NCBI RefSeq assembly: GCF_963921235.1
Contig: NC_086097.1
Coordinates: forward strand, 237,834,001 to 237,898,000
Length of the DNA stretch: 64,000 nucleotides
Reading direction: 5' to 3'
Origin: Mobula hypostoma
Lineage: Eukaryota
The notes below the pieces were generated by a model, which was given only the letters and a program-made list of their open reading frames with translations, searched no databases and was not told the DNA's origin. Below, piece after piece: positions 37,658-51,852 of the stretch (position 1 is the first letter of the stretch; every line of letters starts with the position of its first letter). The translations under genes were made by a program, and so were the position numbers.

Positions 37658-37862
37658 CACTGTTCCGTCTAAACTCTGTGAGGGTGCAGCCACACAGTAC
37701 TAAACTGCTCCCATGCAGGTAGCCTTTGCTGTCATGCAGATAGAATTTTCTTTTATATAATGTTCATTTAAGGTGCCGCGTAGCTTCCAGTCCGTGTCAA
37801 AAACTTCCTGCTCCGAACAATTGTTGGTCCATGGCGCTGAAAAAAAATTGGAGGACACACTG
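37658..37862. mobile_element. 205-bp hAT-type MITE
   Basis: Perfect 8-bp TSD gttctaat at 37650-37657 and 37863-37870; degenerate TIRs cactgttccgtctaaact and aaattggaggacacactg. Confidence 0.75.
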
Positions 37863-39378
37863 GTTCTAATGGTATGCCCAATATTCTCTTTTGAACATTG
37901 GTTTAGCAAATGTGCAGACCAAAACATTTGCAGACACTTACTTTTATTTTATAAAACTGGAAAATAATTTGAGTGCAGAAAGTGAGGATTATCATCTCCA
38001 CTTGAGTAAGTTTATGAATGTAATTACCCAGATGTGGATCAGTTCCACAATTCAGATTCTACATGTTCTAGTAGGAATGTATTGAATTCAGGATCAAAAG
38101 GCACAGGTCTCTGCATCCTCCCTAAGAAATCTAAACTGATTTGTTGTTGGTCAGATAAATGGTGGGGGATTAACATATAATGGGATTAATGCAAATGGCT
38201 TTGACATTGTGGACTCAAGCCTATTTCCATGCTGAATGCAGTGACTCTGACTTTGTTGACGGTAGGATCAAAGTCTTGGGAAGATTTCCATTACTTGTGA
38301 TTTTTCCATGCATTGTCTTTTATTAACTTGACTTGAACTCAGGTGGATTTGATTTCCAAGACAGAGCTGTCTTCATTTTCTTCTTCTCCTGAACCAGGGA
38401 TAGATCCCTTGAAAGATCTGATTAAGATTAAGACCTTCCAGGAATATTTGATATGTATACCTTCACTAATGCTTCTAACAATAAAAGATTCAGAATGCAA
38501 TATTATTCTTTATGGTTTTGTATGGTCTCACCAGTAGGTAGTACAAAGTGTTTACAATGCATAAAATACAATAGTAAAACAATCACAGGAAAGTAAAACG
38601 GTAATTTTAAGAACAGATTATACATTGCGGTTTGTGTTTGATACATTATTGCAGCAAATGCTTCTATTTCATTGAGAGTTGCTGCCTTCAATTAATGATT
38701 TGCTCTTGATGGGTTTACTTCTTATTTACGTATGCAAACAGCAACACAAAACAGCTCAAAGACACTAAATGAACTTTTAAGAAGTGTTCTTTCCGTCCGG
38801 TAGTTAAGAAATACAGAACCTAGTGGATTGAATGCTTGAGATTGGTCCCATCCAGATGAATTTAAGTGATGTAAACCAGGAAGAACCTTAGAAAGATGGT
38901 TTAGGATATCTCTCAAAAAATATGCTTCATATGCAACTTTTTTGCCGTTGTTATGATTTTAAAAAATCAACTAAGTTATTATGAATAGAATTTACTCTGG
39001 ATTAACAAGAGGAATGTTTCTCCCCTCTCTGTGACACTTTATAAGGAGTTAGAAGAAATTAATGATTCATTAAATGATTTCAGCAGGAGTCAGGAAATCC
39101 CTGCATGGCTTGTAAGATCATTAGAGTGATTATAAATTTGCAAGATCTATCATAATACAAGTGGCAGAACCAAGGAAAACAGGCAAGAGCTTTCACTAAC
39201 AAGGTTGAGTTTGCACTTTGAGGCCTATTATGTTATAATTACTATTTTGGCATTTTGAATACGTATGGACATACTCCATTTTAAATCTTGTTGTTTTAAA
39301 CGAATTCCATAGAGCTACGTTATGACTGAAAGCTTACAGATGCAGTTCTCTGTTTTAGTAACTGAACAAAATCATCTA

Positions 39379-39588
<210 letters not shown>

Positions 39589-39982
39589 TTATCAACGTAC
39601 TCCTGTGTCAACATCAAAATGATAGGAAACAAGGGGTGGGGAGGGGCTGCGGGTGAAAGCAGGAGATTAATCTTCAAATAAATGTTAAAAATAAGAGCAA
39701 TTCTTTAAAGACAAATTCAAAGATTCGAAGTACATTTATTATCAAAGTATGTATGCAGTATACAACCCTGAGATTCCTCTTCCCCACAGACAGTCATGAC
39801 ACAAAGAACACCATGGATCCTCTTCAAATAATAAACATCAAAATCAAAAACAAATGGCACAAACAGCAACAAAAGTAATGAGTGAAAGCACAGAATATAA
39901 CAGAATATAAGCACAAAAGTGGAAGGAGTCCAAACATATTCAGTTCTCATAACTACAACTGATTCATTCAGCCATTTACCTA

Positions 39983-40542
39983 CACTCATGGACATTTTAT
40001 TATGTACTGTACCCTGCTCATTACTGCAAATAGCCCATCAGCCAATCATGTGGCAGCAACTCAATGCATAAAAGCATGCAGACGTGGTCAAGAGGTTTAG
40101 ATGTTGCACAGACCAAACAGCAGAATGGGGAAGAAATTACTAAGTAACTTTGATCGTGGAATGATTGTGGGTGCCAGATGGATTAGTTTTAGTATCTCAG
40201 AAAATGCTGATCTGGGATTTTCACACACAACAATCTCCAAAGTTTGCAGAGAATGGTGTGTAAAACAGAAAAAAAAAGACATCCAGTGAACAGCAGTTCT
40301 GTGGGCTAAAATGCTTTGTTAATGAGAGAGGTCAGAGGAAAATGACCAGACCGAGCGGGTTCAAACTGACAAGAAGGTGACAATAGCTCAAATAACCACA
40401 CGTTACAACAGTGAGCATCTCTGAACGCACAACACATCAAACCTTCTAGCGGATGGGCTACAGCAACAGAAGACCACAAACTTACACACATTGGCCACAT
40501 TTTTTAAGTACGGGAAGAACCTCATAAAGTAGCCACAGAGTG
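39983..40542 (+). mobile_element. Deleted Tc1-like transposon with transposase N-terminus
   Basis: MGKK..SNFDRGMIVGAR..SISENADLGFSHTTISKVCREW (HTH region); TA-flanked degenerate TIRs. Confidence 0.85.
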
Positions 40543-40564
40543 TATTTGTAAGTTATTTGATAAG

Positions 40565-40880
40565 AGCATAAGACATAGGAGTAGAATTAAGCCATTCAGC
40601 CCATAAAGTTTGCTCCAAAATTCCATCATGGCTGATTTATTATCCTTCTCAACTCCATTCTTCTGCCTTCTTCCTGTAGCCTTTGACACCTTTACCAATC
40701 AGGAACCTTTCAACCTTTGCTTTACATATACCCGATGACTTGTACTCCACAGCAACCTGTGGCAGTGAATTCCACAGACTTACCAAACTCAGGCTAAAGA
40801 AATTCCTCCTCATCTCAGTTCTAAATGTAAGTCCTTGTATTCTGAGGCTGTGCCTTCTGGTCCTAGAGTTTCCCACTATC
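40565..40880 (-). mobile_element. CR1 3' end
   Basis: SRTRRHSLRI..FRTEMRRNFFS..LWNSLP. Confidence 0.8.
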
Positions 40881-43484
40881 TACAAAGCTGATGCACAAAC
40901 AACATTGCAGAGAGATTCGGAATTTGAAGGCAAGGGAAGTGTGCTGGAACGGAAGTACAAGCAGCAAGTGAGTAAAATTCAGCCAGTGATATACCACTTC
41001 TACGTATACGCATCATCGCTGAGAAATTAATCCTGAAACAGGGTGCAAGTGAAACACTGAAATAAAGGAGTATATAGGAGTATATAGGAAATATAGGAGT
41101 ATAGGGAGCAGAGAAAAACCTGAGGTTTATAGTCTTTGACACGAGCGGTTAATTTACAAATCAACACAAGAATCATTTGCTCACCGCACTCCACTCCACT
41201 CAGAATTTATGAGTGCTCCCACCACATTAGTAAAATAATTGCATTTGATTAGATTGTGCCACGTGGAACAATTGAATAAAATCTATGCAGGAATTTGCTC
41301 ATACTTGTCCCACAGTAACATGTGTTAGCTATGCACACTGGTTGAAGCCAGTGGGCATAAAACCATATGATATAGTAGCAGAATTAGGCCATTTGTCCCA
41401 TTGAGTCTGCTCCACCATTTCATCATGTTGGATCTAATTTTCCTCTCAGTCCCAATCTCCTGCCTTCTCCCTTGTATCCCTTCATGCCATGACCAGTCAA
41501 GAATATGTCTTAAATATACATAAAGAGTTGGCCTCCACAGCTACCTGTGGCAAAGAATTCCACAGATACACCACTCTCCTGCATTTATAGTCTTATTGAT
41601 TTTTATTGACCATGAACGATTTTGCCCCAATCATTTTTTTTCAGGCAGGAGCTAGGGGAACTTGCAACATTTCTTAGCTTATCATCCAATATTCCATAAG
41701 TGAGGCCATTCAAAGAGAGCCAACTAAGTGAATTTGACTCTTGACTCCGAGAGAGGAAAAGACCAAACACTTGCAATGTGTGTCACAAAGAGTCTAAACG
41801 TCAGAAGGAAAGAAGCAGCAAGATTCGTAAAGAGAATATGAGAGAATTGTGCCTTGACAGCTGAAGGCATAGAGAAATTAAATCTCAGGATGATCAAGAA
41901 GCCAGAATTAAAAGACTGCAGGTATCTCGGACACTTAGAGAAGGAGTAAACTGGAGATTGAGATTGGCCAGAACATGGAATCATTTGAAAAACGGTAGAA
42001 ATATGTTTAAAAGCAAGATAATGCTTAACCCAAGTCAGCAAACTCCGAGGTTTTGGATGAATATAGCTGAAAGGTGGGCAACAGGTCTTTGGCAATTTCA
42101 AATTTATTAACAACTGAATTTTGCAGACTTACTAGATAAAAGATAAAAAGGGATCAAAATATGATTGGATCAAACACTACCAGATTGTTTGATGAAAGTT
42201 TGGTTTCTTCATCAGCAATCTCAATTAGCAAGGATCAATGTCAAAGCACATAAAATCAAATTTATGTGATTTACTTACTTTTTTTAAACAACAGAATTCA
42301 TGGTTTAATTAAATGCCAGGCATTTTTTATCAGTTTTGAACATTTAAGTAAGAAGAAAATATGTGAAAATGTTTTTAATTAAATTTAGCTTTACTAATCA
42401 ATGACTCAAAAGATTCACAAAGTCAATCCTAAATTTATATACTTGAACCAAAGAATATTCAAGTACTTCAACTAATATCCCAAAGGTGACATGCATTTTT
42501 ATATCTATTTTGCCCAGGATGTGCTATGTGCATTGCGTTGTGTCCTGTTGGCAATGTGCTTTAAATCTTGGCCCCAGAGGAACAGTGTTTTGTTTGACTA
42601 CATTCATGGATAACTGAATGATAACTAGGTTTGAACTTGAACTTATTCCTATAGGGAAAAAGATCAGAAACACAGTCCCTTAATCGCTCAGCAATCAAAT
42701 AGCCCTTGTCACAAATAAATATGAATTCTATCTTCTCTCAAATAAAAAAGTTAATTTAAAGCCTAAGTATACCTAAGCTGTGGGCGCAATCAAAAGCAAT
42801 AACTGCTTCATGATAACAATTGGATTTAAGTTGGGATGTGTGGAATTCTTGCACAATCAAACAATTTGCATCTTTTCAAGAATAATTTAAAAGGAACACC
42901 AACCCAAGTTCAATAAACCTGGAATAATGTTAATATTCAAATACACAGAAAATGTTTCATTTATATCTTATTTTCAATCCTTGCTTTTTTTCCCAAACTA
43001 ATATAAATTACAGGCATTCAGATGCACTGTTGTGCATGGGTAAAGTCCAGCTCATTGAATCTATTCCAACAGACCAACACAGTAAGTGTCCATTCAACAA
43101 AGCAGTGTTTGGAACCTGCTTCCATCTGTCATCCAGGACATGCCCAATTCTCATTGCTACCATCAAAAAGGAGATAGAGGAATGCATGCAATGATTCAGG
43201 AACTGTTTGTCCCCCCCCACCATCAGATTTCTGAATGGACATTGAACTCAACAACACTACCTCACTACTGTTTTGCACTACTTAAATAACTATTTAATAT
43301 GTATATACATTTTCTTGTGAAATTCAGTTTTTTATTGTTATGTATTGCATTGTACAGCTACCACAAAAACAACAAATTTCACAGCATACACTCCTGATAT
43401 TAAACCTGATTCTTACACGTAATAAGATAATAAAATATGTGTTGATTAAATTATAGTCTGTTTTACAGTACAACTACAGAAATG

Positions 43485-43922
43485 TTTGATGACTCTGGGT
43501 CTGTACTCACCGGAATTCAGAAGGATAAGGGGGTATCTCATTGAAACCTTTGGAAAGTTGAAAGGCCTAGACAGAGTAGATGTGGAAAGGATGTTTCCCA
43601 TGGTGGGAGAATCTCAGACAAGAGGGCACAGCCTCAGGATAGAGGGGCACCCTTTCAAAACAGAGATGCAGGGAAATTTCTTTAGCCAAAGGGTGGTGAA
43701 TTTGTGGAATTTGTTGCCACATGCAGCTGTGGAGGCCAGTTCGTTGGGTGTATTTAAGGCAGAGATTGATAGGTTCTTGATTGGACATAGCATCAAAGGT
43801 TACAGGGAGAAGGCCAAGAACTGGAGTTGAGGAGGAGACAAAAAAAGGATCAGCCATGATTGAATGGCAGAGCAGAATCGATGGGCCAGGTGGCCTAATT
43901 CTGCTCCTATGTCTTATGGTCT
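43485..43922 (+). mobile_element. CR1 3' end
   Basis: LGLYSPEFRRIRGYLIE..FFSQRVVNLWNLLP. Confidence 0.88.
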
Positions 43923-45469
43923 AACTATATAAAATTTTAACTATTTTGTCAGCAGGTGCTTTAATTACCCAGAGAAGCCACGATATATCACAGAAACAGA
44001 GAAAGGCATTCACCGAAATTTGCCCACTTATGTTTCATGGAAGTCTGCAAATTTCGAGGGTTATTTATTTATTTAGAGTTGCCGCATGGTAAAGGGTCTT
44101 ACCGGCCCACAAGGTCGCACCACCCAATTATACTCATGTGACCAATTCATTTACCAACCCATATGCCTCTGAAATGTGGGAGGAAACCAGAGCATCTGGA
44201 GGAAACTCACAGAGTCACAGGGACTGCATACAAACCCCTTATACAGGGTGGTGGAATTGAACCCAAATCGCTGGTCCTGTAATTGCATTATGCTAACTGC
44301 TACACTAAACTGCCTTCCAAGTTATTTATTCTATTTTTAAAAAATGCATTTTGAACACATCGTCAATTGTATTTCATATTGCAAATCCATTAACTTATAG
44401 GAAAATGTATTCTAATTTTAAATCTAGCTCCTCTAATGCAAAAATCACGACTCAAACCTGCTCAGATCTACATCATGGCAATTCCCAAGAATCGTAATTC
44501 CAATATTCAAGTTTATTTGTCATATGTATATCAAAGCATACAGTGAAGTGTATCAATTGTGTTACAATCTATACACCCGAGGATGTTGTGGGGGTAGTCC
44601 GCAAGTGTTGCCATGCATTCCGGCACCAAAAGGCAATTTAAGTTCCCAGCTTGTATATAACCTGTACAAACCCACACTACCTTCCCACTCGATTGCCCTT
44701 TCCTTCCATTTATCATGAATAATTAAATCCATTTTGTTTCATTTTTTCATTGAATCCACTTGGGAGCAGACTAGCTGGAAACCTGTAATCAATCATAGAT
44801 TTCACAGCTGCGATGTCACTTTTATTTAATGCATACTCGTACTAAGTAAATATTGTACAAACAGTATGGGTTGAAATTTGCATAAATTGAACCATATTTT
44901 GGAGGGGGGAGGTGGAGCAGTATTAATAGGCAGTGGAAGGCATCAGTTGAGATATTGTAGAACATGCACATGAGACTGAAAAAAATCATTAATGTTCTAC
45001 ATCAGTAAGCAGAATTATTCATATACCTATTGAACTATCAAAGCTAAATAATTAAAGTACACAGTACATGACAGTCCTTAGGTCCTGACTGAGTATACAC
45101 TCAAAATGCTGGAGGGCTCAAAACGTTGACCCTCCATTTGTGTCTAAAAATGCTGCCTGATCTGCTAAGTTCCTCCTGATTGGATCCTCATCTTTTTCAT
45201 TCCCATTTTCTTGAACTTGTCTACTTTGAAACAAAAAGATCAATTTCACTGACACAGATGGCCTGGAGCTTAATGGTGAGCTCCACACAGTGACAGGGCA
45301 CTCAAAGGCACTCTGATGTGGCTCACATCAGAGCATTAAAAATAACCCTGATCAAAAACGTCTCCTGGAGTCTTTGGACAAATGGAAAAACTTGTCCCTT
45401 CCTTTGCCATTTGTTAAAACATTCAAGGCGTTTCAAAGTTTGCAACAAAAGTAGAAGTTACTGACATTT

Positions 45470-48310
45470 GTTAGAATAGTCATAGGGGACTTTGATATGG
45501 AGGTAGCTGGTGCCGGATTACAGGAGGAGGAATTTCTAGGGTGTCGATGAGATGGCTTGTTAGAGCAGCTCGTAGTTGAGCCCATTTGAGGATCAGCTCT
45601 TCTGGATTGGGTTTTGTGCAATGAACCAAAATTGATTACAGACCATAAGTATAAGAACCTTGAAGTGATCATAATATGATCAAATTCACCCTGAAATTTG
45701 AGAAGGGAAGCTAAATATTACAGTGGAGTAAAGAGAATTACAGAGGCATGAAAGCGGAGTTGGCCAGAATTGAGCAGTTAATAACTCTGGCGGGGATGTT
45801 GGAAGAGCAGCAATGGCTAGAACTTATAACCATATAACCATATAACAATTACAGCACGGAAACAGGCCATCTTGGCCCTTCTAGTCCGTGCCGAACTCTT
45901 ACTCTCACCTAGTCCCACCGACCTGCACTCAGCCCATAACCCTCCATTCCTTTCCTGTCCATATATCTATCCAATTTACTTTAAACGACAACATCGAACC
46001 TGCCTCAACCACTTCTGCTGGAAACTCGTTCCACACAGCTGCCACTCTCTGAGTAAAGAAGTTCCCCTTCATGTTACCCCTGAACTTTTGCCCTTTAACT
46101 CTCAACTCATGTTCTCCTGTTTGAATCTCCCCCACTCTCAATGGAAAAAGCCTATCCACGTCAACTCTATCTATCCCCCTCATAATTTTAAATACGTCTA
46201 TCAAGTCCCCCCTCAACCTTCTACGCACCAAAGAATAAAGACCTAAAAGATCTAGACTTCCTCATGCAATTTGGAAGCCACAGGATATATACATCTCAAA
46301 GTGGAAGAGTATTCTAAAGGAAAGATGACACAACCAAGGCTAACAATAGAAGTCAAAACCAACATAAAAGCCAAAAAGAGTGCATATAATAGAGTAAAGA
46401 TTAATGGGAAGTTAGAGGATTGGGAAACTTTTAAAAACCTACAGAAGGCAAATAACAAATCATCAAGAAGATAAAGATAGAATACCAAAGTAAGCTATCT
46501 AGCTAATAATATTAAAGAGGATACCAAAAGTTTCTTTAGATACATAAAACGTAAAAGAGAGGTGAAAGTGGATATCGGAAAATGTTGGAAAATGATGCTG
46601 GAGAGGTAGAAATGGAGGACAATGAGATAGCAAATGAACAGAATAAATATTTTGCATCAGTCTTCACTGTGGAAGACACTAACAGTACGGAGGAAGTTCT
46701 AGGTGTCAGGGAGCATGAAGTATGTGAGGTCACCATAACTAGAGGGAAGATGTTTGGAAAACTTAAAGGTGTGAAAGGTCAGATAGTGAACACCCCAGAG
46801 ATCTGAAAGAGGTGGCTGAAGAAATCATGGAGGCATTAGTAATAATCTTTCAAGAATCACTAGATACTAGAATAGTTTTGGAAGGCTAGAAAATTGCAAA
46901 TGTCACTCCACACTTCAAGAAGGGAGAGAGGCAGAAGAAAGGAAACTATAGGCCAACTTGTCTGACCTCAGGGGTTGGGAAGATGCTGGAGTCAATCATT
47001 AAGGATGGAGTCTCAGGGTATTCCGAGGCACATAATGAAACAGGCTGTAGTCAGCATGGTTTCTTCAAGGATGAATCATGCCTGAAAAATCTGTTGGATT
47101 TCTTTGAAGAAGTAGCAAGCAGGATAGACAAAGGTGTATCAGTTAATGTTGTGTACTTGAATTTTCAGAAAGCCTTTGACAAAGTGCCATACGTGAAACT
47201 GCTTAACAGGCTATGAGCCCATGATATTACAGGAAAGATTCAAGCATGGATAAAGTAGTGGGAAAGAGTGGGAATAAAGGGAACTTTTTGTGACTGGCTG
47301 CCGATGACTAGTGGTGTTCCATAGGTGTCTGTGTTGGGACCGATTCTTTTTACATTATATGCCACTGATTTGAATGATTTAATTTATGGCTTTGTTGAAA
47401 AGTTTGCAGACAACATGAAGATAGGTGGAGGGGCAGGTAGTTTTGAGGAAGTAAAGATGCTACAGAAGGAGTTGCAAAGATTGGGAGAATGGGCAAAGAA
47501 ATGGAAGATAGAATACTGTGTCGGGAAATGTATTGTCATGCACTTTGGAAGAAGAAATGAAAGGGTTGACTAATTTCTCAGTGAAGAGAAAATCCAAAAA
47601 ACTGAGATACAAAGGGTCTTGGGAGTCCTTGTACAGGATTCCCTGAAGGTTAATTTACAGGTTGAATCTGTGGTGAGGAAGGCAAATGTGATGTTAGCAT
47701 TCGTTTCAAGAGGTTTAGAATATAAGAGCAAGGATATAATGTTGAGAGTTTATAAGGCACTAGTGAGGTCTCATTTGGAGTATTGTGATCAGTTTTAGGC
47801 CCCTCATCTTAGAAAGGATGTGCTGAAACTGGAGAGGGATCAAAGGAGGTTCACGGAAATGATTCCAGGATTTAATGCCCTGTCATATAAAGAGCATCTG
47901 ATGACGCTGGGCCTGTATTCACCAGATGAATGAGGGGTGACCTCATTGAAACTTAACGAATGGTGAAAGGCCTTTGTAGATTGGATGTGGAGAGGATGTT
48001 TCCTCTGGTGGGAGAGTCTAATACCAAAGGATACAGCATCAGAATAGAGGGACATCCTTTTAGAACAGAGATGAGGAGGAATTTCTTTAGACAAAGAGTG
48101 GTGAATCTGTGGAATTCTTTGCCACAGGCAGCTGTTCATGTATATTTAAGGCAGAGGTTACTGGATTATTGATTGGTCAGGGCATGAAGGGATATGGGCA
48201 GAAGGCAGGAGATTGGGACTGAGAGGAAAATTGGTTCAGCCATGGTGAAATGGCAGAGCAGACTTAATGGGCCTAATGACCTAACCCTGTTCCTATATCT
48301 TATGCTTTTA
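45470..48310 (+). mobile_element. Long degraded CR1 ORF2 and 3' UTR
   Basis: Endonuclease relic, QHGFFKDESCLKNLL, VYLNFQKAFDKVP, KFADNMKIGG, FFRQRVVNLWNSLP; many stops. Confidence 0.92.
45826..46246 (-). mobile_element. Younger CR1 3' end nested in the reverse orientation
   Basis: RRRLRGDLIDVFKI..FFTQRVAAVWNE; (ttatatgg)n tail. Confidence 0.88.
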
Positions 48311-49082
48311 TGCTGAGAGATTCTGCACAGACCTGATGATAAATCTCAAAAAAAATTGACACTCCTAAAAATCACAACTAAGCTATTTATTTATTGCAGG
48401 TTTATTCTAAAATAAACCTTCAGTGAAATGCAAACTTGGAGATTAATGCCTCGAATTTTAATCTCTGACAGTATTTGACATTGGACAGAAGCATCTTCAC
48501 AAAGTCGCAATAGACTAAGATCCACAAGAAACTGAAAATCTGGGCCATATTTAGCATGGTTCGTAAGCAATGCCTTTTTCCTGGAAATCCATTTTAAAAG
48601 GATTTATGGCAGTTTTTTTTTTAAACTGGATACATTGCATTTCACATTTTATGTCCACTTTACCATCACTTATCTGCCCCTTTAATTCCATTTAATTATT
48701 CTGTTACTGGATGTAATGAGTTTTTCATGTATCCATTAACTGATGGTTTTACTGACAAGCAATCAAGAATTAGCCAGCTTTATAGTAAAATTCTGGATTG
48801 GTTGTAGATTACGTTGTAGCTATAAAGATATCTTTAAATGTGAAATAATAGCAATAGTAGATTCTGTGGAGAGTTGGAAAATTCCTTTTACATCCTGTCT
48901 TTCTACTATTTTAAGTACTTAATCATAGATAAGTGCAAGCCTGCTATCAAAAATACATTTGTGATAAAGTATTTCGCAACAGTTTAAATTTCAGCTTTGG
49001 CTCGGAGGGTGACTCTCTCTTGTGTTAAGTCAGAAGATTGTGGGTCCAAATCACACTCTAGAAACTTCAGCAGAAAAGAATT

Positions 49083-50148
49083 AGGGGCGGCACCATAGCA
49101 TAGCGATTATTGCAATCGCTACATGGCGTCACTGATCACTGTTTGGGACTCAGTTCCGGTCAGTAAGGAGTTTTTATGGGCATCATAACTCTGTTTGCAC
49201 AAATACTGTAACCACATGATACTACTGAAGAAGACAAGCTGCCCGTAAGGAGTTTGTACATGCTCCCCGTGACCGTGTGGGTTTCCTCCAGGTGCTCAGA
49301 TTTCCCCCGACAGTCCAAAATCGTAGCAGTTGGTAGGCTTGCTTTGGGTGCTCCAGTTTCCTCCTACATTCGAAAGGCATATACATGTTGTGCCATTGCT
49401 ATGTTGGCACTGTAAGTGTGGTGATGTTTGCTCCGGTTTCCTTCCACAGTCCAAAATCGTATCGAGTTGTGGGTTCCTTTTGGGTGCTCCATTTTGCTCC
49501 TATATTCCAAAAACATACGGGTTAGGGTTAGTACGTCATGGACATGCTATGTTGGTGTTGGATGTATGGCAACACTTGCAGGCTGCTGGCAGCACAATTC
49601 TTGCTGATTTGATTTGGTGCAAACAATGCACTTCACTGCATGTTTCAATGTTTTGATGTATCTGTGACAAATGAAGCTAATCTTCTCTTTTATCTCTACC
49701 TAGGCTGACACTCCAGGAGCAGTATTATTAGAATACCTACTAACAAAGTATCATTAGTCACATGAGGCATTGGGCAAGGTTACCTGACCTGATAACATGC
49801 AGGTCAGAGGGACTTTCACGACTTTCCCATACTTACTTCCATTTCAGATGGTGGGGGGTGGGGGGATGGATCAGTAGAATTCCTTGGGCATCATCATTCT
49901 GTTGATGTAAATAACCACGTTACCACCGAAGAAGGTACACTGCCTGTAAGAAGTTTGTACATTCTCCTTGTGACTACCTGGGTTTCCTCAGATGCTCCAG
50001 TTTCCTCCCACAGTCCAAAATCGTACCGGTTGCTAAGGTAATTGGTCATTGCAAATTGTCCCTTTTTAGGTTAGGCTGCGTGGATCAAAAGGCCAGGAGG
50101 GCTTACTCTATGCTGTATCTCAATAAATAGATAAACAAACAAACAAAC
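49083..50148 (+). mobile_element. Cluster of V-SINE (HE1-like) pieces
   Basis: tRNA-like head and repeated tgctcc(a/g)gtttcc..ca(g/t)tccaaa V-domain cores. Confidence 0.7.
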
Positions 50149-51852
50149 AGTCCCTCATCCAGCCCTCAAAATGGCTAAAGAAAAAGAGGCAGTTCTCCCG
50201 AATTTTCAACACACCTGGGCCACTGAGTGGTAAAAGGCCTCTTGCTGTGTGAGGGTCTCTGAAAGAAAGCTGTTTCTGAGTCAGTTTGGGATTTTGTGTG
50301 GGAGTAAAACAGACAAAAGGCTGAAGGAGCTCAGCAGGTCAGATGGCATCTATAGAGAGGAATAAAGAGTTGAAGTCTTAGGTTGAGATCTTTCATCAGG
50401 ACCAGGTGAGAGAGAGCTGGATGCAGACAGAGCAAACTGCCTTTAACTTGATAGTGTATTTACTCAATAAAATTGATGAATAAATCTCCTGAGATACATA
50501 AAATGTTTCTTTTATGGTTATTTACTAGGTTCTAACTGCTAATTTAACATTGAACTGGATTTGGTAAGGTACTTACGCAAGAGAATCTCAGTATATTCAC
50601 TTTCATATTAGTTGGTTGTCACCAAACACCCTAATAAACTTTGACTGATGGACTGTTGGAAGTGTCCAGACAGATTGCATCATACCAATTTGAATGTGCA
50701 GAAACATAAAAAGTTGCAGAGATTTGTGGACTCAGCCCAATATATGGGTACATCCCTCCCCATGATCGGTGGTGTCTACAGGAAGCTCGGCCTCAAAAAT
50801 GCATCATCCATCATCAATGGTCACCTCCATCTGAGCCATGCCATCTTCTCAGAGCTACCATCGGGCAGGAGGTACAGAAGCCGGAAGTCCCACACCATAC
50901 AGTTCAAGAACACCTACTTCACTTGAACCACCTCCTAATCTCTACAATATATTGACCAATTTGGTCACTTTGCACTAAAATGTACTTTGTATTTTTTCCC
51001 AATTTGTTGTAATTTTTTTTGTAAATTTATTCGCAATTATTTACAATTTAATTTACACCTTCTTGTAAATTTCTTATTTGATGCCATGTACCTATGATGC
51101 TAGATACAATAGGTGATTAGTTTAAAAAAATGGTGTAGGTAATAGGTATGTTTTTCGTTGCATACATATACTTGTGCATATGACAATATACTTGACTTTG
51201 ACAACGAATGACAAATAAGTAAAACTATTGCATGAATGTCATCTGCAACTGCTTTTCAAAAAGTTACATATTTCTTCGTTAAACTTGATTTTTCTGACAA
51301 GTGCTCAACTAAAAATAAACAGAAGTACTTGCATATAAAACTAATGAATGCAAAGAATGATCCACACAAAACAAAACTTAAATTGGACAAATACTTGATA
51401 TCTGATGTAATAAAAAAGAAAGTGTCTCCATGAATTTGAGTTCAGAATACAATAGAATTGGATAGAACTTTTGGACTCTCCTCACCACCCTCCCGGTTTC
51501 ACTTATCACCTTGTGTTACTTCCTCCCCTCTCCCACCTTCTTCCTCTGACACCTCAGCCTTTTTTACTCCAGTCCTGAAGAAGGGGCAGCCTGAGATGTC
51601 AACTGTACTCTTTTCCATAGATGCTATCCAGCCTGCTGAGTTCCTCTGAGTTCCTGTGTGTGTTACTTGGATTTCCAGTATCTGCAAATTTTCTCTTGTT
51701 TATGATTGATCTTCTCAACTGTTCATGTTTCTGCTGTCCTGATGAACATTTCTTCCTACCTTCATATTCTAGCGATGTAATATGATATCACTGCTTTCCC
51801 AGATCAGAAGCAGAAAGATTTTTTTTTGCATTCCATTAGAACAACTAATATA

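Noticed and set aside
39633..39653. G-quadruplex-like ggggtggggaggggctgcggg
   Set aside because: Single common motif on the non-sense strand with no supporting evidence.
45470..48310. Intact autonomous LINE
   Set aside because: Multiple stops, frameshifts and a nested insertion; no element in the window looks autonomous.
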